Shown in pieces: positions 50,235-63,933 of a stretch of DNA of 64,000 nucleotides. This stretch comes from Thalia democratica (lineage: Eukaryota). Both the position numbers and the translations under genes were made by a program. The notes beneath the pieces are model-generated. The model was not told the DNA's origin. It saw only the letters and a list, made by a program, of their open reading frames with translations, and ran no database searches. The stretch lies in contig OZ241830.1 in NCBI GenBank assembly GCA_965202585.1, positions 17,980,001-18,044,000 of the forward strand, written 5' to 3'. The first letter of the stretch is position 1, and every line of letters starts with the position of its first letter.

Positions 50235-50578
50235 CAGGGTTGCCAGTTTACTTGGAAAAACCTGGAATTTGATAATTTAGGCAAAAAAAAAAGAAAATAC
50301 ATTAAATACTCACAATTTTGACATGTTCAGTAGTAGAGTTTGATTTGATTTAAAAAATTCATAATATAAATTTAAAAAATTTGTCGCCATCAAAATTTTT
50401 TATATAAAAAAATTATAAGTTTTACAGTATGTTTTCAATGTTTTTTATGCTTTTTAACATAGTTCTTATCTTAAACATAACTTTAAACTAAAAACACACT
50501 TGAAAAAGTGTACTTTTTTAAACCTGGAAGAAATTTGGATAACCTGTAAAAAATTTTTTTAAACGAGTAGCAACCCTG
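50235..50578. mobile_element. MITE with CAGGGTTGC TIRs (paralog of 8118-8460)
   Basis: Same termini and ATATTA flanks, so it inserted before the A/C duplication. Confidence 0.75.
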
Positions 50579-53500
50579 ATATTAGTAATTTATAGCATTT
50601 CGCTCAATGTAGAAAGTTTTTTTTTTTCATTAAAATTATTATTATTACCTACTTTTTAAATAACAAAATTGTTCATATAAGGTTGTCCATTTAACAATAA
50701 TGTTATTAGTTAAGTAATAATTAAAGTTTAAAATTATTTTCTATATTTACAGAAAAAATTAAGAACATTTATTTAATATAAAAAATACTTTAATTGAGAT
50801 AAAAACAATTAGAATATGGTAAAAATTTTCTTCAAATTGATACATGGTAGTAGTGGTGATTAACTTTAGTAACAATTTTAAGTTTTAAATAATTCAAGTT
50901 ATACAATTATTATATTATTATATTTCAATAATTAGATAGTGCATACAAACTCTATAAAAATTATAGGGTTTAGTTAATACTTAGTTGCCACATACTGAGG
51001 CTAGTTTGAATTTTATAAAGGTTTTTTTTTTATTCAGGCTGGCTCATTATATTGTGGGGTTCTTTTGTAAATCTCAGGCTAATTAGCTATGATTTTAATA
51101 GATTTCTAGTTACTTTAATTTATTAGTTTTAATATTTGAAAACTTAGTTCTTGAAAAATATCTTTATTTTCCACCTGTTTAGTTCTGTTGTTCTAACAAA
51201 AAAATTAACTGTTTATTTTCGTGTTTTTATTTGTCTTATAAGTTCTTTTTTCATTTTACTTCATTAATTAGGATGATTAGAGTAATTTGATGTAACTCAG
51301 GAGAGATTTTTTTTACTCTCAACAAAGATTTCTGCTCTAAAAAGTTGCAAACCTTTTAATAACCAGTTAAAGTATCTGTATCATTTAGAGTTGTCAAACA
51401 CTCAGCCTAGTTAAACTTTTCTTAAAAATACAGTCTTACTAGGCATTTATTTGAACTTCTTTTAAATTTCTAAATAAATTGTGTCAAATTTTTTTTGAAT
51501 TGTATGAATTTTTTTAGATCTTATTTTTTTAATCATAATGTTACTTTAAGTATACTGCTACATACTTTTTAGCTTTTGCTTTCTCTTTTCTATTTAATAT
51601 TTGAGTTGACTGAAACTAGTTTGTTGTAACTTTTGCAGAGTGACACACACTTAGAATAACTCAGAACAGTATAAATCCCTTAAAGATTCAAGGATAGTTT
51701 AAAAAATTGAATCTTATTTGAATGTAATTTCCTTGTTAAAGTTTGAACTTAATGTTTTTCTTGTTAAAGTTCCTATTTTGTGAGATATTTTAAATTTTTT
51801 ATTTTAAAGCAATTTATTTCAAAAATTTAGTTATGATTTTTTTATAAATAACTAAAAACATTTAAGGCTCAGGATAGATTTTTGACTTAAAGAGTAACAA
51901 TCCTGCTTATACTTGTTTTTCAGGCTGAATTTGTTTTAGTTTTAACAAAAGCAAACTTAACAATTATTATTGAACTGCTTACTCGAGGTCTAATTTTTTT
52001 ATTTAAAAAATATATAAAGGCAGTAATTTCAATAGTTTAATTAAAAGATTTATAGTATGTGATTTAATAGATGGTGTAACTTTATGTTAAACAAACACTT
52101 TGAAAAAGGCTGAAAAGTTTTTTTTGTGTTTCGTGTATATATAATTTTACATACATTTAAAAGTGAGGTATTTGTGAAATATTACGTTTTTATTTCTGTT
52201 TTAGTTAGACTCAAGTAAATAATACATTTAACGTTTTAAATTTTTCAAAATACTTTAGGGTACTTTAGTTGTTTTGCAATACTTAAGCTTTGAAAAATTG
52301 TTAATTGATATTTTTTTCAGTGTTTTTATTATATAATTACAAAAGTAAAGGTAGTTTAAATGTATTTTGATATTCTTATCAAAACTAAAACAAAAAAGGA
52401 TTTTCAAAAATATTCATGTTAGTTTATAATTTATTTTCTAAAGCTAATGCTATATTTAAATTTAAATTAACAACTCTTTTTGTCTTAAAATAAATATTTA
52501 AAATAATCTGTTTCTTATAACTATGATATTTAAGGTAACTAACAAGATCGCCACAAATTCAGAATATTACTGGTTACTTTGTAACTTTTGAAAATCTCAG
52601 TATAACACATGATAACTTAAGAAATTTTAAATTTGTTTTCTAAACTCCGGCTGGCTCAGATAGTTTTTCTTATCTCAATATAGTTTTAAAATTTCAGGTA
52701 GTTTTTTCTACCTTTAAAGTGAGATATAGTTGATTTAGTTTCAATATTTTTTACTTTGTGGTAATTTTTGTTGAAGAGCTTGATTTATCTTGCCTTTGAA
52801 ATATTTAAAATTAAAAAAAAAAATCCTGGGTCACTGCAGTTCAGTTCAAAATCATTCAAGACAGTTTCTAAGCATACAAATCAGTTTTGACTAAAAAGAT
52901 TACAACCCTTTCAAACTTTATTTACAACATTTACTTTCAATGTTTGACTTAATAATTTAAAACAAATTCTTTAGTGTTGCAATAACTAGGTTTATTTTTA
53001 TTTCAAATTATTAATAGTCATTTTAACTGATCTAACTTCTTTTATTAAACTCAGCTAAAATCAAAAGTTAACACAATATCAAGTATTAAATGTTTACAGT
53101 AAATTATTTGATTTACTGTATAATACCAATCTTAATAGTCATAACAATTTTTGATGTTTTTTGATACTGATTAAATTAGATTATTAAGCAAATGACATTT
53201 AGCTGTTTAAAAAACAGAGTTTTCATACACTCAAACTACTCGGAATAACTTTATTGCTATTTTAAAAGTTTGGAGACTTAGGCACAGGAATTTTTTTTGA
53301 AAAACTTATGCTGACACATGTTTGATTGATTATTTTTTGAAAAATTCAGACTAGATTGATATTTTTCTGAATGTTAGACTATTTTACATATTTACTATGT
53401 TTTGATTAATTTATGTTAGATTCATTTAAGCTTTGTTAATTTGTTATTAAGTTTTTAGCAAAAATAAATATATTTCTTCTTATTTAGACTAGCTTAAAGA

Positions 53501-54809
53501 ATTACAAATTGGTTTTTGCTTTATTAAGATTGTTTTTATACTTGAAAGAGTGACAAACTCAAAACTAAATTACTAAGCCATGCTAAAATCTTAAAATACA
53601 GTATTTATTTGTAACTAACTTCATAGGAAAATATAGTTAAAATTTAAAATTTTAGTTTTTTACCAGAAAGAAGTCACAATCAATTACAACCCTGAAATTT
53701 TCTTTAAATGCAGAAATTCAGTCTATGAAAGAAAAAATTTAAGCATCAAATGTACAGAGATAAAAAATATATACATTATTTTGAATTTAGCTGTTTTCAA
53801 TTCGTTTTTTTTTTTCTCATTTTTCTATTTGTTTAATATCATTTGTAATAAGATAATACTCACAAAGTAAAATGTAAAGAATTAGTTTAAATATGTATTT
53901 ATTATTAATAAACTTGTTTTAGAATACTGTACTGGGGATTTTGTGGTGATTGCGGATATGTGGTCAATTAATAAGTATGTAAGACAAAGCCATATAACTA
54001 AAATATCACTGTGAAAATTAGGTAAACCAAATAAAAAGTTTCATTAAAACTAAGATGAAATATTAAATTTCAGCTTGTGTTATCAAAAGGTTTTCATGTA
54101 AACATAAACTTAGTAATGATGTATTAGCGCCGCTAGTGGGTTCCATAAAAACATATCTCATTAACAAAAAGCTTCAAAAACATCTTTTTAAAATGAAATA
54201 TACTAATTAAAGTGTTTACGTAGTCCTACCGCTAGCGGCACTTTTTAAAATAGTATCTTGGGGACCCAATTTATGTTTTGCAGTTTGGTGTACACAGATT
54301 GTGAATAGCTTAAAGATCACTGGCTTAATATATATACCACTAGCTAAGTACACTTTAAATGTTTGTTCTGATTAAATTCTCATAGTAAAATAAGAAAAAC
54401 AAAAATTATTAAAAACTTTTTTGCACAATAAAATACATTCTATGCATACTAGTCTTACAACCATCTTGCAGAGCATTTTACTATTAAACAGCAAGAGAAA
54501 TAAGCAGATTCTAAAGTACTTTTAAAAAACTAGACATTTTTTTACGTTACTTCAAAGAAAAGTACAGCTTTAAGCTATGAATCAAACAAGACTAGACTTA
54601 AGGTTTTGACTTAAAATATGATAATGAGAGTTTTGTTATAAAATTTAACAAAATTAATTTGTTTTATGTTTTTTTAAATAAAATCGTCAAAATTTTCATA
54701 CGTTTCTTTCATTTTAGTATTATTATTACTTAAAAAGTAAACTTGAAAGTATTTAATAATCATTTTAAACAGGTTTTAAAAATTTGAAATATTAAAATTA
54801 AAAATAATA

Positions 54810-55395
54810 ATGGAGTACGAATGTTGTATATGCCTGGATAGGTTATTCAAAGTAGACTCAGAAGTATCTGTCACACCGTGTGGTCATACCTTTCACAAAG
54901 ACTGCATATCAAACGTAATAAAAGGTGAGAATAAGACATGTCCAATTTGTAGACAAGATTTACAGGAAGAAAAAGTAGTTAAAGTTCACTTTAATGTGAA
55001 TAAAAAACTTGATTACAGTGATTGTTCAAATGATACTTTGAGCTTCTTTGATAAAGTTGTTGAGTATGAAGCAGAAAAAAGGATGACCATGGTAAAAATC
55101 ATCAAGAAGTTAGATAAAGAAAATACCCGTCTAAAGGAAACTTACAAAACCAACTGTAAAGGTTACAGCTTGTGTAAGGTGTTATTGAGAGGTTTCCAGA
55201 AAGAAATTAAAAACTTGCATGAAAAAATCAGTAAGCTAAAATTAACAAATGGTGGGTTGATTGCTCAGATAAGAAGATTGTTTAATGAAAAAGAAGAAAT
55301 AATTGAAGAGGAAAAGTCAGAGATTAAAGAAAATGAAATTGATGTAAATACTTGTGATTATGCTATCAACAATATTGAAGCAATAATTAGTAGAG
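54810..55395 (+). CDS. Unit C RING-CC-Kelch gene, coding exon 1 (RING-H2 plus coiled coil)
   Basis: Intact RING-H2; 586 nt; donor AGAG|GTTTGT at 55396. Confidence 0.9.
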
Positions 55396-56110
55396 GTTTG
55401 TTTATTTGCTATTATTTAAACAACTTAATTGTTTCGTTAAACTTGTAGTTTTAAATAGAATCAGGATAAAGACGGATCTTCAATTTATAATAAAGTCCAG
55501 ATGAATAAGTTTGAAAGTATTCAAAATTTTAAGTTTATATAAAAAGATACTATCATTATTTTCAATGCAAAACAACCACTGAAAATACATAAGCTCAAAA
55601 AAAAAAAACTATAAAGGACTTAAAATCCGTAGTTTTAAACACTTTTACTAATATAATTGACGATTTTGTTAACATTTTCTTATTGTTGGAAAAACTTTAA
55701 TAATTAAAAAATTAAAAGTAAACTTATTCGTATAACCCTTTATGTAACATTAGTATATCTTTATTTATGTCTTATATATATTATTGTTACTGATTATTAA
55801 AATATGTTTTTACAGTAATTTAACTAGAATATTAGGCTTTGAGTACTCGTTCAACCGAAATTTAGCCTAAGTAACTTTAAATTATCTTAACTATTCTTAA
55901 CCAAGTGCAATTTAATTAAACAACATCTGAAAACAGACGATTATCATTTAAAAAAATCAAACTCTATTCTAATTAGCCTTACCTGTAGATCAGTAGTTTT
56001 TATTTTAAAACTTTGAAAAAAAATATTATTTTCGAATTGTGTCAAGTAGAAATAATTCTCAATATAAAATTCTTAAATTTATTTTGTTATGGTATTTAGT
56101 TTTATTTTAG

Positions 56111-56596
56111 CTTTAAAATCGGAATTTTTTGAAGGGATTGACATTGAAAAAGTAAAAGAAGTTTTTAGTGGAACTAAGAAAGCTTTAGATTACAGCATGA
56201 ACATATGTTTAAACAAAAATTTACTGCATGAAGGGCTTCTAAACAAAGTTGAAAACAATATGAAAGAACTACAGGTAAACGATAAAAAAATATGTGATTT
56301 AATATTGAGGAAATCTGTCGAACTAGAAATTGAAAACAAGGCATTGCAAGAAAACAACAAAGAAATAATTAAATACCTTGAAATTTTGGAAAATTCGCTC
56401 AGACAGGCTCAGAACAAAACAGAATTCTTGAAAAAAGATTACGAAAGTTTAAAGTCAGAAAACAACAATCTGTTGGCTGATTTAAAAACTACAAAACGGA
56501 TAAAAACTAAAATTAAAATGTTATCAAGAAATGCAAGCGAAAAGCAAAATAATAACATTAATGATGTTCAGAGAACAAACTGCTATTCAACTAAAG
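56111..56596 (+). CDS. Unit C RING-CC-Kelch gene, coding exon 2 (coiled coil)
   Basis: Phase-1 acceptor TTTTATTTTAG|CT at 56110; donor AAAG|GTACAT at 56597; 486 nt. Confidence 0.8.
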
Positions 56597-56896
56597 GTAC
56601 ATTTATTTTTTTCTTTATTATTACTACACGTTTTACAACTTTATATTACTTTACTTATATATTGTATACGTAGTTCTTTTATTGCAATTTAAAGCTTTAA
56701 TCATAAAACCAAAGCTCTCAGTAGACACAGGTTTCATTTTTATACAAAAATATTTTGCCTGAATTTTTACTAATATATAGTTTATTTTACGGCAAATCAA
56801 ACCCTGCTTTGGTTACTATTACCTATTTTTTCTTTTTATTGTAATAACGTTATAAAGACTTGATTAACTGTTGTAGACTTATTTTTTATTTTCTAG

Positions 56897-57801
56897 GTGC
56901 AGAAACCAATGAAATTAAAAGTTATATATACATTAGCGGAGGACAAAAAGATGAAAAAACTCACGAAAACTGTGTTTTAAAAATGGATACAAACATGGGT
57001 AAATGGGATCATTTTAAAACTATGGGTACACGTAGAAGTGAACATCAATCCTTACTAAAAGGAGATCAATTGTATTTGATAGGCGGATATAATGGATCAG
57101 ACTACGTTGATTCAGCTGAAAATGAGACCGTATCTCTTAACGAGGAGTTAGCTACCAAAATGTTTCCTTTCATGCACAACAAACGGCTAAGCTTTGGAAT
57201 GTGTTCTTTTGCAGAATGTGTTTTTGTCGGCGGAGGGTATCGAGAAGAAGGCAAAACCTTAGACAATTGCGAAGTCTACAGTTTTGAAACTTGTGAATGG
57301 ACTGAAGTTTTTAGTATGAACACTAAAAGAAGCGAATTTACTCTGACTTATTTTCAAGGAAAAGTCTGGGCTATTGGCGGTTTTAACATCTCAAATCACA
57401 CAAATACATGGCTGGACACAATAGAAACATTCAATATTACAAAAAACAAATGGAAAACAAGCAATTTGAGGCTCCTAACTGAACGATCTGGACATAGCAC
57501 TGTTGCTTACGATAAAAAACTCTTAATTGTAGGTGGCGAAAACAAAGATTCTTTTTTAGCTTCGGTTGAAGTTTATTCAAGCGAAACCAATCAGTTTAGC
57601 TTCGTTGCATCAATGAATATTCCACGATATAGTTTTGGATGCTGCGTTGTAAATTCAAGTTTGTATGTGATGGGGGGATGTATTTTAGATTACGACACTC
57701 TAACAGATGAAGTTGCGATATACGACATTGAAAAAGATGAATGGAGAAGAGGTCCGAGTTTGCCTTTAAAATTGGCTGAATTTGCTTGCTCAAACACTTA
57801 A
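56897..57801 (+). CDS. Unit C RING-CC-Kelch gene, coding exon 3 (six Kelch repeats)
   Basis: Phase-1 acceptor; six GG motifs; open to TAA at 57801. Confidence 0.92.
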
Positions 57802-59917
57802 TGACCAGTTCTCATTTTACAACTCTCTAAGTTTTTCTTGCTCTGAAACTTTATAATTTCTGCTTTTATTATAAGAATCTGCTAGTTATATGTTATCTAA
57901 TAATATTTTTAGTTCCATGTTTTTAAAAAAAAAGTTTAAATTTTTCTAGCTCTAAACAAAAGCTTGTACAGTTTTACCAAGTATAATATTTTTGTTAACT
58001 ATATACAAACTTAAGTGATTGACTCACAATATTTTTCTTGTTTTCAATAAAGTTATTAGTGTAAAACTCTAATATTTTTGGTTTAATAGGCTTTATCTAT
58101 ACAAAAAACTTTGATCTTAAAAAAAAATTATTTTTAACAAAATATAAATATAATACTTAAAATGAACGCCATAAGTTTTATTTTATTACTATATCCTACT
58201 CATATTGTTTTAATTAACTATGTGTATTTTCCTTTACTTTCTTTTTTTTGTTTCGTTTGTTTTTTCTATATAAAATTTAAAAAAAAAAATTAATTGTATT
58301 TAAGTATGTGTAAATAGTTCTAATAAAAACTAAACTAGGCATTAAATTTATTATAAGAAAAATAATTTTTTATAGTCCTTTAAACTTCAAGCTGAAAAAA
58401 TGCACATATTATTATAAAAATAGTATAAAGAAATAATTGCATATGAGTTTCCAGAGTGTTAAAATAGATTAATAAAACATTTCTAAATTAAGTAATTTTT
58501 AGTTATGTCTTAATTGCAATTGTTTTTATTACTCTTGGTGCTTAAAAATATAAGCTTGTGTAAAACTCTAATGTATTGTTTAGTATAATTATTTTAGTTA
58601 ATTTAGTATAATTATCTTTTCTTTTAGTAGTAAACATTTTGTTGTTTATTTTAGTATATAGCTTGCTATTCAAGAATTTACTCTTTTATTTTAAAATAAA
58701 TTATTTTTTATAGATAAAGTTTTCATTTTTTTGTTAATTTTAATATATAGCTTGAAAACTTGATTTATAGAAAATAAGTTATTATATAAGAAAACAGTAA
58801 CTTCTTGAAAAGGAACGTAATGATTGGTATTAATAGTACAAATTGCGACAATGTTAAAACTATCCTGTATGCAAGGGTGGGCAACGATTTTAGTTGGCGA
58901 GCTAGGTGTGGAAAAATTAATTTGTGTATAATCTAAAGCGTTTAAGTTGCATTCAAGAAAAATACTCAATTATTAACGACAAATGATAATTTTAGGTGAC
59001 CATTCTTTTTTATATATAATACAAACTTTAAATTTCTTACAAGTTTTATTTAAGCTTGTTCTTTATCTTTATTCAATTTTCACAATATTAATAATAAGTT
59101 TCAAAATTTTGATTAGCAGGCAAGATGTACAAGCTTTCGGACCGCAGTTATATCTCTTTTAAGTTGGATACTGTTTAAATATTCTAGATGTTGTCCGTTT
59201 GGTGATTTTCGCTCTGCTTTTGTTTAGTTAAAGCAATCATCTTTGCAAACTTACACTAGAAATTTATCGTTAAATTGGATTTGTTTATACTGATACTCTT
59301 TTTATTAAACAATAAAATTATACAATAAAATTAAGAAGTTGGTGAAAATTGTTTTAGAGAAATTAAGTTATTTAAATTAAAGCTGCAAATAACTTAATTC
59401 GTAGCGTAATGAATCTATTCATACAATAAACTAGCAATAAGATCCAGTATGTTTGATAAAAACTTTCAAATTTAATTAACTAATGGTGGTTACTTTTTGT
59501 CTGCATATTTTTAGGTATTATTAGAATTTAATTTTATTTTCCTATTTGATCTTTACAAAATAAAGACAAGTGCAGTAGTTATTTATCATTGTGAGGCACT
59601 TTTTTTAAATAAAAAAGCGCATTTAAAAGAAAAAAATATATTGCAAGAAGATTTTGCAGGCCATTATAGTTTCATAAAATTAGACTAAATAATCTAATAA
59701 AAAAATCCTTAATAACAAAATTGTATTTTAAATATTATTAAGTAAGCTTTAAGTTTACTTGAATTAAATAACGAGTACAAATAATTTGAAAAAATTTATA
59801 AAACTTTTAAATAAAAAAGTTCTAAATTTTAATTAAATTAACAATTTATTTTAAAAATAAGTTTTCTGCTATAACCCCGCTTGTAGAACGTTGTTCTCAT
59901 ACCCCTGGTCTACACAA

Positions 59918-60218
59918 AATCTTAGTTGATGATGGCTGAAATAAATATTGGCTAAAACTGATCTAACGAGCGCAGACTACAATCTCACAACAAGCTGACA
60001 ATGTCTGAGACGTTTAGCTGTGAATGATATAGCTGTGTAATTTTTTCAACTTCACCCACAAACGTTCGCTTCAGTACTTAGTACCTAAGCCCGCTTGTTT
60101 AAGATCACAATAGCGGTTTGTCGCGACTATTCCTGCCTGATCAGTCCTAATAAGGACGAAACCGGTCGTAGGATTGTCTCGGATGCTGTTGTTGTTGATC
60201 TTGCGGTAAAGTTCACTG
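59918..60218 (+). mobile_element. ~300-bp unit-C-specific insert with hammerhead motifs; probable Penelope-like/retrozyme fragment
   Basis: Absent between the homologous flanks in unit B (41230-41270). GC-richer than the flanks. Contains one clear and one degenerate type I hammerhead. Confidence 0.6.
60125..60178 (+). ncRNA. Type I hammerhead ribozyme with a G8>C core substitution
   Basis: Stem I GACTATTCCTGC/GTAGGATTGTC; core CTGATCA (60137-60143); stem II GTCC-TAATAA-GGAC; GAAA; minimal palindromic stem III ACCGGT; GTC cleavage triplet ending at 60167. Confidence 0.85.
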
Positions 60219-60941
60219 TTTATTAATATAATCTAAATAGTTTAAACTGTGCAGATCAAGTCTGATCTACATTTAAAAATCTACATTTTTAAATGCGATT
60301 CCGGTAGATCAATAAAAAAATTTAGTTAAAATTAAACCAAACTATTATAAAGTCAAATAAATAAATACTAAGTTGAACAATGACTATAGCTTATGTGCAG
60401 ATATAGTTTATGTACAAGCAATGCAAAAATTCAAAAGAGGCCAATTAAAACCAGTTTTTCTTTGAATAATACTATAACTAGTCGGCCGCGTTTATTTCGA
60501 TTGTTATCCTTGATAGTTTACTTTCATAAACATTATACATAGCTAATTCTAAGTTAACTTTACAAACCAACGGACTGCATGAGTCTTTCTTGTCCATTCA
60601 TATGTGGGCTGATATGTAGAAAAATATCTCCCTGTCTGTTTAAACCTTTACGAAGTTTACTTTATAAGCTGACAAAATCTTGAAAAGAAAATTTTTCATA
60701 TGACATTATTTTCACTAATGTCATTATGAATTTTAAACTTTTAAAATAACCCGTTCAGAGCATTTATGTGATCTTACACGAGGTTCCAAGGAGGGATCTA
60801 GAGTTTGCGCCATCTCCTGGTTTCTCCAAACTTTTTTTTTTAACATTGTCATCAGACAGTCTTTTGAAATAAAGACAGTCTACAGAGCCGAAGCTTGGAC
60901 TTTTGTAAGCCGTGAGACTAGCTCAAGTTATCAAAATTTTT

Positions 60942-61017
60942 ATCATTCCAATTCGATCATCAGACATAGGTCTCAGTCTACTAAAGGCTTGTGGTCTGAT
61001 GATCGAATTGAAATGAT
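60942..61017 (+). ncRNA. Candidate pre-miRNA-like hairpin (copy C; most perfect stem)
   Basis: Perfect 17-bp CAATTCGATCATCAGAC/GTCTGATGATCGAATTG, plus 8 inner bp and 6 basal bp. Confidence 0.52.
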
Positions 61018-61182
61018 CAATATTTTGGTGATTTTGATTTATGTGTGTAAATTTTAATGTGTACAATTTTCTTAACTGAATAAAAATTAATAGCTGTTAT
61101 GGTTTTATTTTTAATCACACAATTTTCATAAGTTAAAACAGTTTTTTTTGTCACGTCAAATAGTAATTTTGGTACAAAAAAA

Positions 61183-61370
61183 ATGTCTAAAAATTCATTC
61201 AGCCCAACGATCAATAACACGCATGGCATGGAAGTAGAAACTAAGCTGCTTCTTTCTGCTAATAATTTCAATTAAGTTCACTCACAAATCAAGAAAAGAC
61301 GCAATAAAAGTGAAATTCCTTACCAGGTTTACCTGAAGCGCCACACGGACAGACTCTTTGGAAAACGAAA
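61183..61370 (+). pseudogene. 5' protease fragment with overlapping 30-codon sORF (unit C)
   Basis: Homolog of 21925-22115 with the shared TAG. Confidence 0.72.
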
Positions 61371-61878
61371 CAAAAATCAAAATTTTCGCGTACTTTGTCA
61401 ATACTACTCATTTCGTACTTTGTCAATATTAGAAAAGATATTTTTAAGTGTGCAAATGTTTCTGCTTTGCTATTATTTAGCTTCGTAATTTGGTTTGGTT
61501 GTTAGAATTATATTATTATGTACTTTTGTTTTAGGTGTATGTATTTGATATTTAGTCCTCAGCAAAGAAAGATTAGAAATCCGAACAAAAGTACATACAA
61601 ATACAATTCTAACAACCAAACCATCTTACGAATCACTACTTTAGAAATTTTACTGTAATTGTGTTATGTCTTACATTGGTGTTATTTAAACAAAACTGTT
61701 TTTTTGATTTATGTTTGTAAATAGAAAAGTGTACAACTTTTATAAAAATTTGCAACAAAAGTAATAGCTGTTATGTTTTTATTTTTAATCACACAATTTT
61801 TATAAGTTAAAAATCAAACCCTTTGTTACGTCAAATAATAATTTTGTATAAAAAAAAACTATAAGTTTATTTAGCATC

Positions 61879-63410
61879 ATGATTAACAACACGCTTTAAA
61901 TTACAAACTAAACTTCTTCTTTATGTTGATATTTTTAACTTATGTTCACTCACAAGTCAAGTAAGGACGCACGAGAAAAGGAAACTTCCTAACATTTGTC
62001 CAATATTACATATGACCTGAAGCGCCACACGGGCAGAAATCTGAAGAAACCGAGTTCAAACACGGAATATTTTGCTTAACTGACAATTACGCGCTGGTGT
62101 TGAACGCCGTCTACTGCTTGGCAATTGAAAACGTTTTCGTGGATGTGTACAAGATCACAGCGGGAAGCATGTTTGCCCACAAACAAAACAACGACACTCA
62201 CAGAAAACTTGTTTACTTGATGGGGTAATACGAAGGTTACAGGGACATAAAACAAATTAGGTGGAAGACCTCGACAGGTAAATAGTGTGATTGGAACTAA
62301 CAGGCCGTTATGAACCACAATAAAATTGATAATCGGTTGAAGCTGCAGGAACTCGGGTTGAGATGGTGAACGGAAGAGCGCAGCAAATGAATGCTTTGCA
62401 GGGGAAGAAATTATTTTAGTCGATGGTCGCCTCTGTGCACAACTCGTTCAACGACGGCAATTACAAAAACAATTCTGCCGACACAAACTCAAGTTTCGAG
62501 TTCCAGAGCTCCTGCAAAGGCGACTCGGGCAGTCCGGTGGCTTGCAGGCAGTCGAAAAGTGTCCACTTCGATAATTTGATGCATCATTTTATGGGGAGGT
62601 TTTAACATTCAAACTACCGGTAGCATTGGGCAGACGTGCGTGGCACCTTTTCATCAAACCACGTAGAGCGGATTGATGATAAGGTGAGGACAGTTTCTCA
62701 AAACTTGATTGTTAAGAAGCATAAAGGATCGGACGCGGGAGTGGGGGACGCTCTTTATCACGCTCCTTATTTCAGCAACAAAAGCATAATGTTATAGCTT
62801 GCCAAGGAGCCATCCTCAGCAAAAGATGGGTTCCAATTGCAGCGAGTTGCTTTAACAATTATCATTTGCAGCACACAGAAGGACCGTTCAATTCCTAAGA
62901 AGATCCAAAAGATCTTGAACAAAGTCGGGTTGCACCACAGGGGTAGCTTGCACGAAGAGTTTTAAACAATTTGTGCCAAGACGAAGACTATCAAAATGAC
63001 AACTATGGTAAGCACAGCATTGCGTTGGTAATTCTCCTCAGTGAAGTTGATTTTCAAGCTGAGTTTGACAAGCAGTTGACAATGATTACTGGTAGCGATG
63101 CAAAAGACTGCAAAGTGTTTAGATGAAAAGATAATTGTAAAACTGAAACTACAGAAGACGAAAATCCTCTGCAAGTAAGCAAAGTAGGTTTCTTAGATGA
63201 TAAAAAGGTGCAGCTCTCTCATGTTAAACCCAAGTGCTCTGCAACTGCTTTATGGTCATTATGTTTGTACTGAACAAAAAATTGGGACACCTACCATCAG
63301 TGTTAAAGCAGTGACTAGTTTAATTTACAAAGACTATCTACATACCATTGAATTTACGAAGTCGCATCTTTCAGTGGATACCTCAATTCGAGACAACTCC
63401 GTTCACTAAA
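61879..63410 (+). pseudogene. Two-domain trypsin-family protease pseudogene (unit C, + copy)
   Basis: SCKGDSGSPVAC; ACQGAILSKRWVPIAASCF; EDYQNDNYGKHSIAL; LQVSKVGFLDDKRC. Early TAA in the signal region plus frameshifts. Confidence 0.85.
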
Positions 63411-63429
63411 TTATCGGCAAAAGTCTGTT

Positions 63430-63933
63430 ATATTAAAATATCGAATTGGACACTTTTCGACTGCTTCCAACCACAGGACTGCCTAAGTCGCCTTTGCTCT
63501 GGAAATCAAAACTGGAGTTTGTGTCAGCAGAAAAACTTTTCGTTATTGTCGTAATTGAACGTGTCGAACACAGAGGTGATATCGTAGATCAAAACATGTC
63601 TACTCCTACAAAACATCCAGCTTCACTTGCTGCTTCGTTCATCATTCCATGACCAAAATCCCGCAGTTTCAACCGATTATCAATTTCAAAAGGGCTCAGA
63701 ACTTCCAGTTGGATTCAATCACGCTACTTCGCTGTCGAGGTGGAGCTCAAATCGGACCTATCTTACGCACACATTTGTTTTCTATCCCTGTAGCCTTCGT
63801 AAAAGCTCCTTGTAGGTTTTTATTTCTCCCTTTCTCGTGCGTCGCGTCTTTTCTTTACTTCTGAGTGAACACAAGTTGAAAAAATTAACAGAAAAAAGCA
63901 AATTAGTTTGTACTTCCAACTTTTGTTAATCAT
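63430..63933 (-). pseudogene. Inverted, internally deleted protease pseudogene (unit C, - copy)
   Basis: Same deletion and inversion junction as unit B 44115-44605. Confidence 0.8.
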
